A DNA stretch of 64,000 nucleotides from an uncultured Actinomycetes bacterium (GTDB lineage: Bacteria; Actinomycetota; Acidimicrobiia; Acidimicrobiales; CADCSY01). Below, in pieces: positions 9,549 to 18,478 of this stretch. Both the position numbers and the translations under genes were made by a program. Below the pieces are notes generated by a model, which saw only the letters and a program-made list of their open reading frames with translations, was not told the DNA's origin and searched no databases. Location of the stretch: contig CAWIVE010000003.1 of the NCBI GenBank assembly GCA_963839545.1, positions 1,058,267 to 1,122,266 on the forward strand, given 5' to 3'. The number at the start of each line of letters is the position of its first letter. Positions within the stretch are counted from its first letter, which is position 1.

Positions 9549-10517
9549 ATGACCACGATCTTCCACGAGGCGGACGCCGACCTTGCGGTCCTGTCGGGGC
9601 AGACCGTGGCGGTGGTCGGCTACGGCAACCAGGGGCGCTCGTGGGCGCTCAACCTGCGCGACGCCGGGCTGGACGTGCAGGTGTGCGTGCGGGCCGACGC
9701 CACCCGGGAAGAGGCGGTGGCCGACGGGTTCGACGCCGCCGACGTCGCCGCCGCGGACGGTGCCGACGTCGTCTGCGTCCTCGTCCCCGACGACGCCATC
9801 CCCGGGCTGGCCCTGGCGCCGAGGGGCGACGCCCTCGTGGTGGTGGCCAGCGGCTACACGCTGGCCTTCGGACGGTTCGCCCCGCCGTGCGACGTTGGCC
9901 TGGTCGCCCCCCGCATGCTGGGGCCGGAGGTGCGTCGCTGCTACGAGGAGGGCATCGGCTTCATCACCGCCGTGGGCGTCCACGCCGACGTCACCGGCAC
10001 CGCCTCCGCCCGCACGCTGGCCGTGGCCAAGGCCATCGGCGGCCTCCGGCAGGGCGCCATCGAGCTGAGCGCCATGCAGGAGGCCGTCCTCGACCTCGCC
10101 GTGGAGCAGGCGCTGGCGCCGGCGCTGCGGCGGGTGTCGACGTCCTTCGTCGAGGTCATGCTCGAGCGGGGCATCCCCCTCGAGGCGATCCTCACCGAGC
10201 TGTTCCTGTCCGGGGAGGTCGAGCGCACCTACCGGCTCGTGCGGACGGAGGGGTACGCCGCCCAGATGGCCCACCACTCGCCGGTGAGCCAGTACGGGCA
10301 GCTGTCGCGGGGGCCGCACTACGAGCACCTGGACCTGGCCACCACCATGCGGGAGATCGTCGAGGGCATCGCCTCGGGCCGGTTCGCCGACGAGTGGGAC
10401 GCCGAGCGCGACGGCGGCTTCGCCGAGTTCGAGCGCCTGAAGTCGGCGGCGGTCGGTCCCGAGATCGCGGAGTTCGAGCGCGACCTCCGGCGCCAGCTGG
10501 GCGAGGGGGCTTCGTGA
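9549..10517 (+). CDS. Ketol-acid reductoisomerase-like oxidoreductase (class I KARI paralogue)
   Basis: Intact 322-aa ORF. It has the N-terminal Rossmann motif VVGYGNQGRSWALNLRDAG and a knotted-domain acidic pair in QEAVLDLAVEQAL. Confidence 0.8.
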   Translation: MTTIFHEADADLAVLSGQTVAVVGYGNQGRSWALNLRDAGLDVQVCVRADATREEAVADGFDAADVAAADGADVVCVLVPDDAIPGLALAPRGDALVVVASGYTLAFGRFAPPCDVGLVAPRMLGPEVRRCYEEGIGFITAVGVHADVTGTASARTLAVAKAIGGLRQGAIELSAMQEAVLDLAVEQALAPALRRVSTSFVEVMLERGIPLEAILTELFLSGEVERTYRLVRTEGYAAQMAHHSPVSQYGQLSRGPHYEHLDLATTMREIVEGIASGRFADEWDAERDGGFAEFERLKSAAVGPEIAEFERDLRRQLGEGAS

Positions 10518-11836
10518 CCGAGGTGACCGTAGGGGTCGACATCGGGTCCACCTCGGTCAAGGCGCTGGCCGTCGACGGCGACGGCACCGTGCTGGCGTCG
10601 GCCCGGGTGCCCCACGACCTCCGGGCCCCCGCGCCGGACCGGCTCGAGCACGACGCCGAGGCGGCGTGGCGCCGGGGGGTCGAGGAGGCGGTGCGCCAGG
10701 TGTGGTCCGGGCTCGACGTCCGGGGGGTGGACGTGGCCGCCATGGTGCCGTCGCTGTGCGCCGTCGACGGCGACGGGCGGCCGTGCACGCCCGGCCTCCT
10801 CTACGGCGACGTACGGGGCGGCGGCGCCGCTGGCGCCAGTCCGGCCGAGAGCGGCGAGATCGTCGGGTTCCTCCGCTGGTGCGCCGCCGAGGCCCCCGAC
10901 GCCGCCGGCTACTGGCCGGCCCAGGCGGTGGCCAACGCCACGCTCGGGGGCGAGGGGGTGCTCGACTCGGTGACGGCCATGACGGCCATGCCCCTCTTCG
11001 ACGGCGTCGGGTGGGACCCGGCGGTGGCCGGGGCGGCGGGCGTCGACCCGGCCCGCCTGCCTCGCGTGGTTCCGGGGATGGAGGCGGCCGGCACGGTGGG
11101 CGACGCCGCGCTGGCCCCGGGCACCATCGACGCGTTGGCCGAGCAGCTCGTGGCCGGGGCCGACGGCGACGGCGACGTGCTGGTCATCCTGGGGACGACG
11201 CTGATCACCTGGGCCGTCGTCCCGGAGTGGCGCGAGGTGCCCGGGCTGTGGACCGTGCCTCACACGGCGCCGGGCAAGGCGCTGATCGGCGGGCCGAGCA
11301 ACGCCGGCGGGCTGTTCCGGACCTGGGTCGACCGGCTGGTGGGTCCGGCCGGCGGGGAGCCCGACCCGGGGCGGGTGCCGGTGTGGACGCCGTACGTGCG
11401 CGGGGAGCGCACGCCGCTGCACGACCCCGACCGGCGGGCCGGCCTGCACGACCTCGACCTGCTGGCCGACCCCGCGGCCGTCCGGCGGGCGGCGGTGGAG
11501 GCCTCCGGGTTCGTGGTCCGCCACCACCTCGACCTGGCCGGGGTTCGTCCTGCCCGCATCGTCGCCACCGGTGGCGGCGTCCGCGACGCGGGCTGGGTGG
11601 CGGCGGTGGCGGACGCCACCGGCCTCCCCGTCGATGTGGTCGCCGTTCCCGAAGGGGGCGCCCTCGGCGCCGCCTACCTGGCCCGGGTGGCGGCCGGCCT
11701 GGAGGCCTCGGCCGACGACGCCGGGCGCTGGGCCCGCACCGACCACCGGGTCGAGCCCGACCCCCGCTGGGTCGGTCTGGTGGCCGAGCGCTACGAGCGC
11801 TTCCGGGAGCTCACCGCCGCAGATCAGAGGCCGTAG
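10514..11836 (+). CDS. FGGY-family carbohydrate kinase (xylulokinase-like)
   Basis: Tail of ORF 9053..11836 from GTG 10514, which overlaps the upstream stop as GTGA. VGVDIGSTSVKALAVDGDG is an actin-fold ATPase N-terminus, and ATGGGVRDAGWVAAVADATGLPV matches the C-terminal block. Confidence 0.8.
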   Translation: MTEVTVGVDIGSTSVKALAVDGDGTVLASARVPHDLRAPAPDRLEHDAEAAWRRGVEEAVRQVWSGLDVRGVDVAAMVPSLCAVDGDGRPCTPGLLYGDVRGGGAAGASPAESGEIVGFLRWCAAEAPDAAGYWPAQAVANATLGGEGVLDSVTAMTAMPLFDGVGWDPAVAGAAGVDPARLPRVVPGMEAAGTVGDAALAPGTIDALAEQLVAGADGDGDVLVILGTTLITWAVVPEWREVPGLWTVPHTAPGKALIGGPSNAGGLFRTWVDRLVGPAGGEPDPGRVPVWTPYVRGERTPLHDPDRRAGLHDLDLLADPAAVRRAAVEASGFVVRHHLDLAGVRPARIVATGGGVRDAGWVAAVADATGLPVDVVAVPEGGALGAAYLARVAAGLEASADDAGRWARTDHRVEPDPRWVGLVAERYERFRELTAADQRP

Positions 11837-12901
11837 AGGCGGGCGGCGTTGCCGCCGAGGACGGCCTCGGTGACGCCGTCGCCCAGGTCCTTCGCCAGGG
11901 TGCGGGCCATCTCGACGGTGCCGGGGAAGTCGGAGTCCCAGTGGGGGTAGTCCGACGAGTAGACGAGGCTGCGACTCGCCGAGGTGCTCGACGTAGGTGG
12001 CGAGCAGCGGCTCCTCGGCCTCGAACGAGAAGTAGCACTGGCCCCGCTCGATCTGTTCCCGTGGGTCGCTCGTCATCGCCCCGAGCAGCTCGGGACGCTT
12101 CTCCCGGTGCTCGTGCACCCGGTGCACGAAGTAGGGGACCCAGCCCACCCCCGACTCGAGGAAGGCCACCCGCAGCGCCGGCAGCCGGTCGAGCACCCCG
12201 CCCATGCTGAGCGCCGTGAACGCGACCATCTGGTCGACGGGGAACGACAGGCAGTGCACCTGGGCGTAGTTGGTGAAGCGCTCGGCCGCGGGCAGGGGGA
12301 CGTTCATCCCCGGCGCGCTGTGCACGGCCACGGGCGTGCCGGCGTCGGCCGCCGCCTCGAAGAACGGCAGCAGCGACGGGTCGTCGAGGTTGCGGGGTCC
12401 GACCACCGGCGGGACGGTGACGGCCACGGCGCCCTTGCCCACCGTCCGCTGGAGCTCGGCCACCGAGCGGTCGACGTCCTGGAGGGGGACGGCGGCGACG
12501 CCGAGGAGGCGGTCCGGGGCGTGGCCGCAGACCTCGTCCAGCAGCCAGTCGTTGTAGGCGGAGGCGAAGTCGGCGGCGAAGCCCGCGTCGCTGAACGTGG
12601 TGGTGCCGATGGCCAGGCCGCCGTAGAGGACCTGGACGTCGATGCCCTCGGCGTCCATGTCGGCCAGCCGGCGGTCGATGTCCGAGGCCCCGGCGGCGGC
12701 GGCCGGCGACAGCGCCGTGGCGATGGGGACGCCGCAGCCGGGTCCCTCCTGCGTCGGGTAGAGCTTCCCGTCGATCTGCGCCACCCAGGCGCCGCCCGAC
12801 CGGCCGGCCCCGAGCCAGCCCGGGTGCTGCTCGGCCAGGCCCGTCCACGCCATCGGGTCCTCGGAGACGTGGGCGTCGGCATCGATCACGCGATGTGACA
12901 C
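11824..12901 (-). pseudogene. Amidohydrolase (PF04909-like metal-dependent hydrolase/decarboxylase), one frameshift
   Basis: Inside the antisense-looking ORF 10319..13483 the sequence reads VSHRVIDADAHVSEDPMAW...NDWLLDEV...FFEAAADAGTPVAVHSAPG...YVEHLGES. An extra base near 11975 shifts the frame, after which it continues LVYSSDYPHWDSDFPGTVEMARTLAKDLGDGVTEAVLGGNAARLYGL*. Confidence 0.8.
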
Positions 12902-12910
12902 GATCGTCAG
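12895..12910 (+). promoter_or_regulatory. Operator-like site (site 3)
   Basis: GTGACACGATCGTCAG. The CAC at 12899-12901 is the complement of the amidohydrolase GTG start. The double-ACAD GTG 12939 lies 28 nt downstream. Confidence 0.55.
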
Positions 12911-12938
12911 TATTCCCGGACCGACGAACAGCCCGCCA

Positions 12939-15080
12939 GTGGGCGCCCTCGGGATCTCCGAGGACCACCAGGCGCTCCACGCCACCGCCCGCCGGTGGGT
13001 CGAGCACCGGTGCCCGCCGACGGTCGCCCGACGCGGCGCTCGATGCGCCCGAGGCGCTGCCGCCCTTCTGGGGTGAGCTGGCCGAGCTCGGGTGGCTCGG
13101 GCTCCACGTCGCGGAGGCCTACGGCGGCTCGGGTGGCGGCCTGGGCGATCTCGCCGTCGTCCTCGAGGAGCTGGGCCGGGCCTGCGCGCCGGGCCCCTTC
13201 CTGCCCACGGTCCTGGCCAGCGCCGTCGTCGACCGCGCCGGCTCGGAGGAGCAACGCGCCGCGCTCCTGCCCGGGCTGGTGGACGGCTCCGCCGCCGGCG
13301 CGGTGGCGTGGTGGGGGGCGGTGGACGTCGAGCGGCGGGGAGCGCGCGCCGGCTGTCGGGCCGCCTCGGTCCGGTGCTCGGCGCGGCGTCGGCCTCGCTC
13401 CTCGTCGTCCCCGCCGACGGTCGCTGGGTCGTCCTCGACCCGTCCGCCGTCGAGGTGGTCCCGCTGGCCGGCGTCGACGGCACCCGGGACGTGGCCGAGG
13501 TGCGCCTCGACGGGTGCGAGGCACCCCCGGAGCGGTGGTTGGAGCCGGCTGCCGCCGACGAGCTCGCCGCCGTCCTGCTGGCGGCCGAGTGCGTGGGCGG
13601 GGCGGCGTGGTGCGTCGAGACCGCCGTCGCCTACGCCAAGGTGCGGGAGCAGTTCGGTCGGCCCATCGGGCAGTTCCAGGCGGTCAAGCACCGCTGCGCC
13701 GACATGCTCCTCGCCCTCGAACAGGCCCGGGCAGCGGCGTGGGACGCGGCCCGGGGCGGGGAGGGCGGCGAGCTCGCAGCCTCCGTGGCCGGCGCCCTCG
13801 GCCCGTCGGCGTTCCTGCGCTGCGCCAAGGACTGCATCCAGGTCCTCGGGGCCATCGGCTTCGCCTGGGAGCACGACGCCCACCTGTACCTGAAGCGGGC
13901 GATGGCGCTGCAGGCCCTCGTCGGCGATCCGGATCAGTGGCGGCAGCGGGCGGCGGCGCAGGCCGGGGCCGGCGCGCGCCGGCCCCTCGCCGTCGACCTG
14001 CCGGAAGAGGCCGAGGTGCACCGCCGCGCCGTGGAGGTCTTCCTGGAGGACAACGCCGAGGCCCTTCAGGACCGGGACCGACGGCGGGAGGCTCTGGCCG
14101 CCTCGGGCTACCTCGTGCCCCACTGGCCCCGGCCGTGGGGGCGGGACGCCGGCGCCGTCGAGCAGCTGGTGATCGACGAGGAGCTGCGGGCCGCCCGCAT
14201 CCGCCGACCCCACCTGCAGGTGGCCGCCTGGGCCCTGCCCGCCCTCATCGCCCACGGCTCGCCGGAGCAGCACGAGCGGTGGGTCCCGCCGTCGCTGCGG
14301 GGGGAGCTCACGTGGTGCCAGCTGTTCAGCGAACCGGGGGCGGGGTCGGACCTGGCTGCGCTGGCCACCAAGGCGGCCCGGGTCGACGGCGGCTGGCTCC
14401 TCACCGGGCAGAAGACGTGGACCACGATGGCCGCCACCGCCGACCTCGGCCTGGCCCTGGCCCGCACCGACGCCGACGCGCCGAAGCACGACGGCATCGG
14501 GTGCTTCGTGGTCGACATGCGCAGCCCGGGGGTCGAGGTGCGGCCCCTCCGCGAGCTCACCGGGCACGAGCTGTTCAACGAGGTCTTCCTCTCCGACGTG
14601 TTCGTCCCCGACGACCAGGTGGTCGGCGGCGCCCACGACGGCTGGCGGGTGGCCCGCACCACCCTCGAGAACGAGCGGGTGTCCATGGGGAGCGGGTCGT
14701 CCTTCGGCCCCGGGGTCGAGGCCCTCCTGCGGCAGCTGGGCGACGACGACCCCGTGCTCGTGGCCCGCGTCGGCTCGCTGGTGGCCGAGGCCCACTCGCT
14801 GGCCGCCCTCGGTCTCCGCATGACGCAGCGGGCCGTCGCCGGCGTCGAGCCCGGTCCGGAGGCGAGCGTCCGCAAGCTGCTCGGCGTGGAGCACGAGCAG
14901 CGCGTGCAGGAGGTCGGCCTCGGCCTCCTCGGGGGCGCGGCGGCGGCCGCCGAGGGGGAGGCGGCGGGCTGGGTGGCCGGATTCCTCGGCAACCGTGCGC
15001 TGACCATCGCCGGGGGCACGAGCGAGGTCCAGCGCAACGTGATCGCCGAGCGGCTGCTCGGCCTGCCCCGGGACCCATGA
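12939..15080 (+). pseudogene. Fused double acyl-CoA dehydrogenase (~713 aa; small-subunit-like half plus large-subunit-like half), frameshifts in the N-terminal half
   Basis: VGALGISEDHQALHATARRWVEHRCPPTVAR (frame of 12939) continues as AALDAPEALPPFWGELAELGWLGLHVAEAYGGSG... (frame of ORF 12895). It then continues as SGRLGPVLGAASASLLVVPADGRWVVLD...FAWEHDAHLYLKRAMALQALVGDPDQWRQRAAAQAGAGARRPLAVDLPEEAEVHRRAVEVFLEDN...CQLFSEPGAGSDLAAL...GGTSEVQRNVIAERLLGLPRDP* (ORF 13092..15080). Indels lie near 13030 and 13340-13360. The two halves are joined in one frame with no stop. Confidence 0.8.
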
Positions 15081-15973
15081 CCCGTCCTCGCCTGCAGGAC
15101 GTGCCGGAGCTCTCGTCGGGCCAGGACCCGGCCACGGCGACCGGCGGGCTCGTCCCGGTCCACACCGCGGCCCGGGGCGCCGACGCGGCGCGGCGGGGCG
15201 ACGTCGACGAGTGGGGTCGCTCCGAGCGGACCCGCGCCGTGGCGCGCCGGGTCTTCGGGCCGCTGTACCGCACCTGGTTCCGCGTCGAGTGGGAGGGCCT
15301 CGAGCACCTCCCGACCACGGGCGGGGCGCTGCTGGTGGCCAACCACGCCGGGGCCGTCCCCATGGACGCGCCCGTGATCATGCACGGCGTCGAGGAGGAG
15401 ATCGGGCGGCCGGTCTACACGCTGGCCGAGAACGTCCTGTGGTCGATGCCCCTCGTCGGCACCGTCCTCTCCCGCGTCGGCGGGGTCAACGCCCACCCCG
15501 ACAACGCCTACCGGCTGTTGCACGACGACGGCCAGCTCGCGCTCGTGTTCCCGGAGGGCACCAAGGCGACGGGGAAGACGTACGCCGAGCGCTACCAGCT
15601 CCGCCGCTTCGGCCGGGGCGGGTTCGTCCAGCTCGCCGCCCGGGCCGGGGTCCCCGTGGTGCCCATCGCCGTGGTGGGGTCCGAGGAGGCCATGCCCAAC
15701 CTGGCCAACGTCGCCCCCCTGGCCCGCGTCCTCGGGGTGCCGTACGTGCCGATCACCGCCCAGATGCTCGTGCTGGGGCCGCTCGGGGCGTTCGCCTTCC
15801 TCCCGGCCAAGTTCACCGTGCGGGTGCTGGAGCCCGTGCACCTCGACCTGCCCCCCGGGCGGCCGCGGTACTCGGCCGCCACCGTCATGGAGGAGGCCGA
15901 GCGGATCCGCCAGCGGGTCCAGGACGCGCTCCACGACATGCTCCAGGCCCGGTCGAGCACCTGGTTCGGCTGA
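15077..15973 (+). CDS. Lysophospholipid/1-acylglycerol-3-phosphate acyltransferase family protein (PlsC-like)
   Basis: Tail of ORF 12995..15973 from ATG 15077, which overlaps the ACAD stop as ATGA. It carries the acyltransferase blocks LVANHAGAVPMD and LVFPEGTKATG. Confidence 0.8.
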   Translation: MTRPRLQDVPELSSGQDPATATGGLVPVHTAARGADAARRGDVDEWGRSERTRAVARRVFGPLYRTWFRVEWEGLEHLPTTGGALLVANHAGAVPMDAPVIMHGVEEEIGRPVYTLAENVLWSMPLVGTVLSRVGGVNAHPDNAYRLLHDDGQLALVFPEGTKATGKTYAERYQLRRFGRGGFVQLAARAGVPVVPIAVVGSEEAMPNLANVAPLARVLGVPYVPITAQMLVLGPLGAFAFLPAKFTVRVLEPVHLDLPPGRPRYSAATVMEEAERIRQRVQDALHDMLQARSSTWFG

Positions 15974-16043
15974 AGCTCGTGGCCAGAACGGCGGGGAGGC
16001 GCCCACGGAGTGTCTCGGAGGCGGGGCCCGAGCCTCCTCCAAG

Positions 16044-16096
16044 CCGTTCTTTGGCCGTTCACCCACCGCTCGGGTAGGGAGAGAACCAAAGAACGG
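16044..16096. repeat. Palindromic extragenic repeat, copy 1
   Basis: CCGTTCTTTGG...ACCGCT...GGGAGAGAACCAAAGAACGG lies between convergent gene ends (15973 and 16110). The right arm is 20/20 identical to copy 2 at 62392-62411. Further hairpins lie just upstream (GGAGGC...GCCTCC). Confidence 0.7.
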
Positions 16097-16109
16097 CTCG
16101 GACGCAGAC

Positions 16110-16835
16110 TCAGGCGGCGCCGACCCCGGCCAGGGCGGCGTCGAGCTGGTGGGCGAAGAAGGTGGGGTGGCGGTAGACCCAGTCGTGCTCGACCCGCTCC
16201 TCCGGCGACCGGCCGGACGCCACCCGCAGGGGCGTGTCGAGCGCGCTGGCGAGCTGCTCGCCGAGGGGCAGGGGCAGGAGCGTGTCGTCCTCCGCCCAGA
16301 GCACCGACCGGGGCACCCCCGCCACCCGCACGGCGGCGGCGGCGTCGGCGAGGTGGCAGCTCCACCCCCACAGCGCGGTGGCGACGAGGTCGCCGGGACG
16401 CCGAGCGGCCCACCGCACGAAGTCCCGGGCGGCGGCCGGCGTGGCGAAGGTGCGGATGTGCCGGCCCTGGAGGCCGAGGCGGGCCAGCCGGGCGCGACCG
16501 GGGGAGAGGGCGAGGGCGTTCACCAGCACGAGCGCCGACGCCCGCGACGGCGCGGCGGCGGCCACGCCGAGGGCCACGGCGCCCCCCATCGAGTGGCCCA
16601 CGACGGCGGCCCGCTCCACCTCCTGGGCGTCCAGGGTGGCGACCACGGCCTCCACCACGGTGTCGTAGGACCAGCGCCGACCGGCACCCCACACCCAGGG
16701 CACCAGCACCCGGTGGCCGAGGGCCAGCCGGTCGATCACCCGGAGGTACACGAGCGGCGACATGCCGAAGGCGGGGAGGAGCACGAGCGGCGGGCCGGCG
16801 CCCGACGTCACCGTCCGGAGCGGCTCGGGGGGCAC
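16110..16835 (-). CDS. Alpha/beta hydrolase
   Basis: Intact 241-aa ORF with nucleophile elbow GHSMGG. Confidence 0.85.
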   Translation of the reverse strand: MPPEPLRTVTSGAGPPLVLLPAFGMSPLVYLRVIDRLALGHRVLVPWVWGAGRRWSYDTVVEAVVATLDAQEVERAAVVGHSMGGAVALGVAAAAPSRASALVLVNALALSPGRARLARLGLQGRHIRTFATPAAARDFVRWAARRPGDLVATALWGWSCHLADAAAAVRVAGVPRSVLWAEDDTLLPLPLGEQLASALDTPLRVASGRSPEERVEHDWVYRHPTFFAHQLDAALAGVGAA

Positions 16836-16840
16836 GGAGC

Positions 16841-17281
16841 TCAGCCCGGGTACTCGAAGTGCTGGACCTCGATGGTGAGGGGGAGCAGGTACGTGACGTA
16901 GAAGCTGTGGAGCTTCAGCGCCCCGTAGTCCTCGACCCCCTGCGACGTGACCGTCACCCGGTCATCGCCCTCGCCGAAGGCCAGTGCCCGGCCCCGCATG
17001 TCCTCCAGCTCCTGGAGGCTGCCCACCGAGAGGCCGAAGTGGTCCTCGGGCGTGCACCGCATCGGCTCGTCGCGTCCGTGGAGGAACACGAACTGCTCGT
17101 GGGTCCAGGCCGACAGGACGAGCCGCTTGCGGTCGGTGGTGAGCATCGGCAGCTCCTCCCAGCCGAACACCTCGCGGCAGAAGCGGAGCAGGTCGGCCCG
17201 GCTCTCCCCGCTGAGGAGGTCCCGGTCGACGCTCATGGCCACGTGGTTGAAGCGGGGCGTGCGGGTCTTCGTGTCAGCCAT
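16841..17281 (-). CDS. VOC/glyoxalase-family protein
   Basis: Intact 146-aa ORF (RFNHVAMSVDRDLL...). Its start overlaps the upstream ADH stop by 8 nt. Confidence 0.7.
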   Translation of the reverse strand: MADTKTRTPRFNHVAMSVDRDLLSGESRADLLRFCREVFGWEELPMLTTDRKRLVLSAWTHEQFVFLHGRDEPMRCTPEDHFGLSVGSLQELEDMRGRALAFGEGDDRVTVTSQGVEDYGALKLHSFYVTYLLPLTIEVQHFEYPG

Positions 17282-18335
17282 CAGTACCTCCGTGGTTGGG
17301 GGTGACGAGCACCTTGCCGGCCAGCTCGCCGGTGGCGAGCCGCTCCATCGCGCCCAACAGGTCGGGGAGGGTGACGTCGGTGGGCTCGACCAGGTCGTCG
17401 ACGGGGAGCACGCCCGAGGCGAGGAGGCCGACGGCGTCGGCCACGCCGTCGGCGTCGTACTCGAAGGCGCCGGTCACGACCAGCTCGTTGACCAGGATCC
17501 GGTTGTGATCGAAGCGGGGTGGGTCGATGCCGGCCCCGACGAGGACCAAGGTCCCGCCCCGCACGAGCTGGGTGAGCGCCGCCTCCATGGCAGCGGCCCG
17601 ACCGGAGCACTCGAGGGCGACGTCGAAGGCACCGTCCACCACCCGACCGACGTCGCCGAAGGCGGGCACGTCGAGGTCGTCCGGCAGCAGCACCTCCTCC
17701 GCACCGAGGCGGGCGGCGAGCTGGCGGCGCGACGCTCCCGGCTCGGTGACGACGACGGTGACGTCGCCGCGCGCCCGCAGGGCGGCGATGACCAGGGCGC
17801 CGATGGGTCCCGCGCCGCACACCAGGACCCGCGCCCCGGGCGCGACCCCGCCGCGGGTGATGGCGTGGAGGGCGACGGCGAGCGGCTCGGCCAGTGCCGC
17901 CGTGCGGAGGTCGAGGCCGCTGGGTACGGGGACGAGGGCGCCGGCGGGCACCTGCACGTAGCCGGCGAAGGCACCGTCGGGGCCACCGGCGCCCGGGTCG
18001 TCGCGCCCGGCGCAGAGGGAGGGTCGTCCGGCCGCGCAGGTCCGACAGTGCCCGCAGGCCGGGCGGGGCCCGCCCACGACGGCGTCGCCGACCTCCCAGC
18101 TCGTCACCTCGGCACCGAGGTCGACCACCCGCCCGGCCCACTCGTGGCCGCCCACCGAGCCGGGCCGGCCCCAGCCCTCGAGGACGAAGTGCAGGTCGCT
18201 CCCGCACACCCCGCAGTGGCTGATCTCGACGAGGACCTCCCCGGGACCCGGGCGGGGGACGGGGCGTTGCTCCACCTCGAGGCGACGGGGACCCCGGTAG
18301 ACCGCGGCGGGCATGGTCGCCGGCAGGACCGCCAC
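17274..18335 (-). CDS. Zinc-dependent (MDR) alcohol/polyol dehydrogenase
   Basis: Intact 353-aa ORF with ISHCGVCGSDLH, GHEWAGRVV and the GAGPIGAL Rossmann motif. An alternative start is ATG 18314. Confidence 0.9.
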   Translation of the reverse strand: MAVLPATMPAAVYRGPRRLEVEQRPVPRPGPGEVLVEISHCGVCGSDLHFVLEGWGRPGSVGGHEWAGRVVDLGAEVTSWEVGDAVVGGPRPACGHCRTCAAGRPSLCAGRDDPGAGGPDGAFAGYVQVPAGALVPVPSGLDLRTAALAEPLAVALHAITRGGVAPGARVLVCGAGPIGALVIAALRARGDVTVVVTEPGASRRQLAARLGAEEVLLPDDLDVPAFGDVGRVVDGAFDVALECSGRAAAMEAALTQLVRGGTLVLVGAGIDPPRFDHNRILVNELVVTGAFEYDADGVADAVGLLASGVLPVDDLVEPTDVTLPDLLGAMERLATGELAGKVLVTPNHGGTDG

Positions 18336-18348
18336 GGGTCCAGCGTAG

Positions 18349-18364
18349 CTGACACGCGCGTCCG
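18349..18364 (+). promoter_or_regulatory. Operator-like site (site 4)
   Basis: CTGACACGCGCGTCCG, 14 nt from the ADH start at 18335. Confidence 0.5.
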
Positions 18365-18442
18365 AAACCTCCTACAGTCCGGCGCATCGCACGCGCGCAG
18401 GGCTCACGCCGTGGGCTTGGCAGGACGGATGGCGGGGGTAAC

Positions 18443-18458
18443 CTGACACGCGCATCAG
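18443..18458 (+). promoter_or_regulatory. Operator-like site (site 5)
   Basis: CTGACACGCGCATCAG followed by GTTTCTCG, the same extension as site 12. It lies 20 nt upstream of ATG 18479. Confidence 0.55.
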
Positions 18459-18478
18459 GTTTCTCGCCCGGGGGGGTC

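Noticed and set aside
10319-13483. Very long ORFs such as 10319..13483(-), 30878..33904(-), 19039..21705(-), 12995..15973(+), 9053..11836(+) and 14108..16066(-)
   Set aside because: These are typical high-GC shadow ORFs. Their translations are Arg/Pro/Gly/Ala-rich and low in complexity except where they coincide with a real gene segment. Each overlaps family-recognisable genes in another frame or strand. Only the sensible sub-segments were used.
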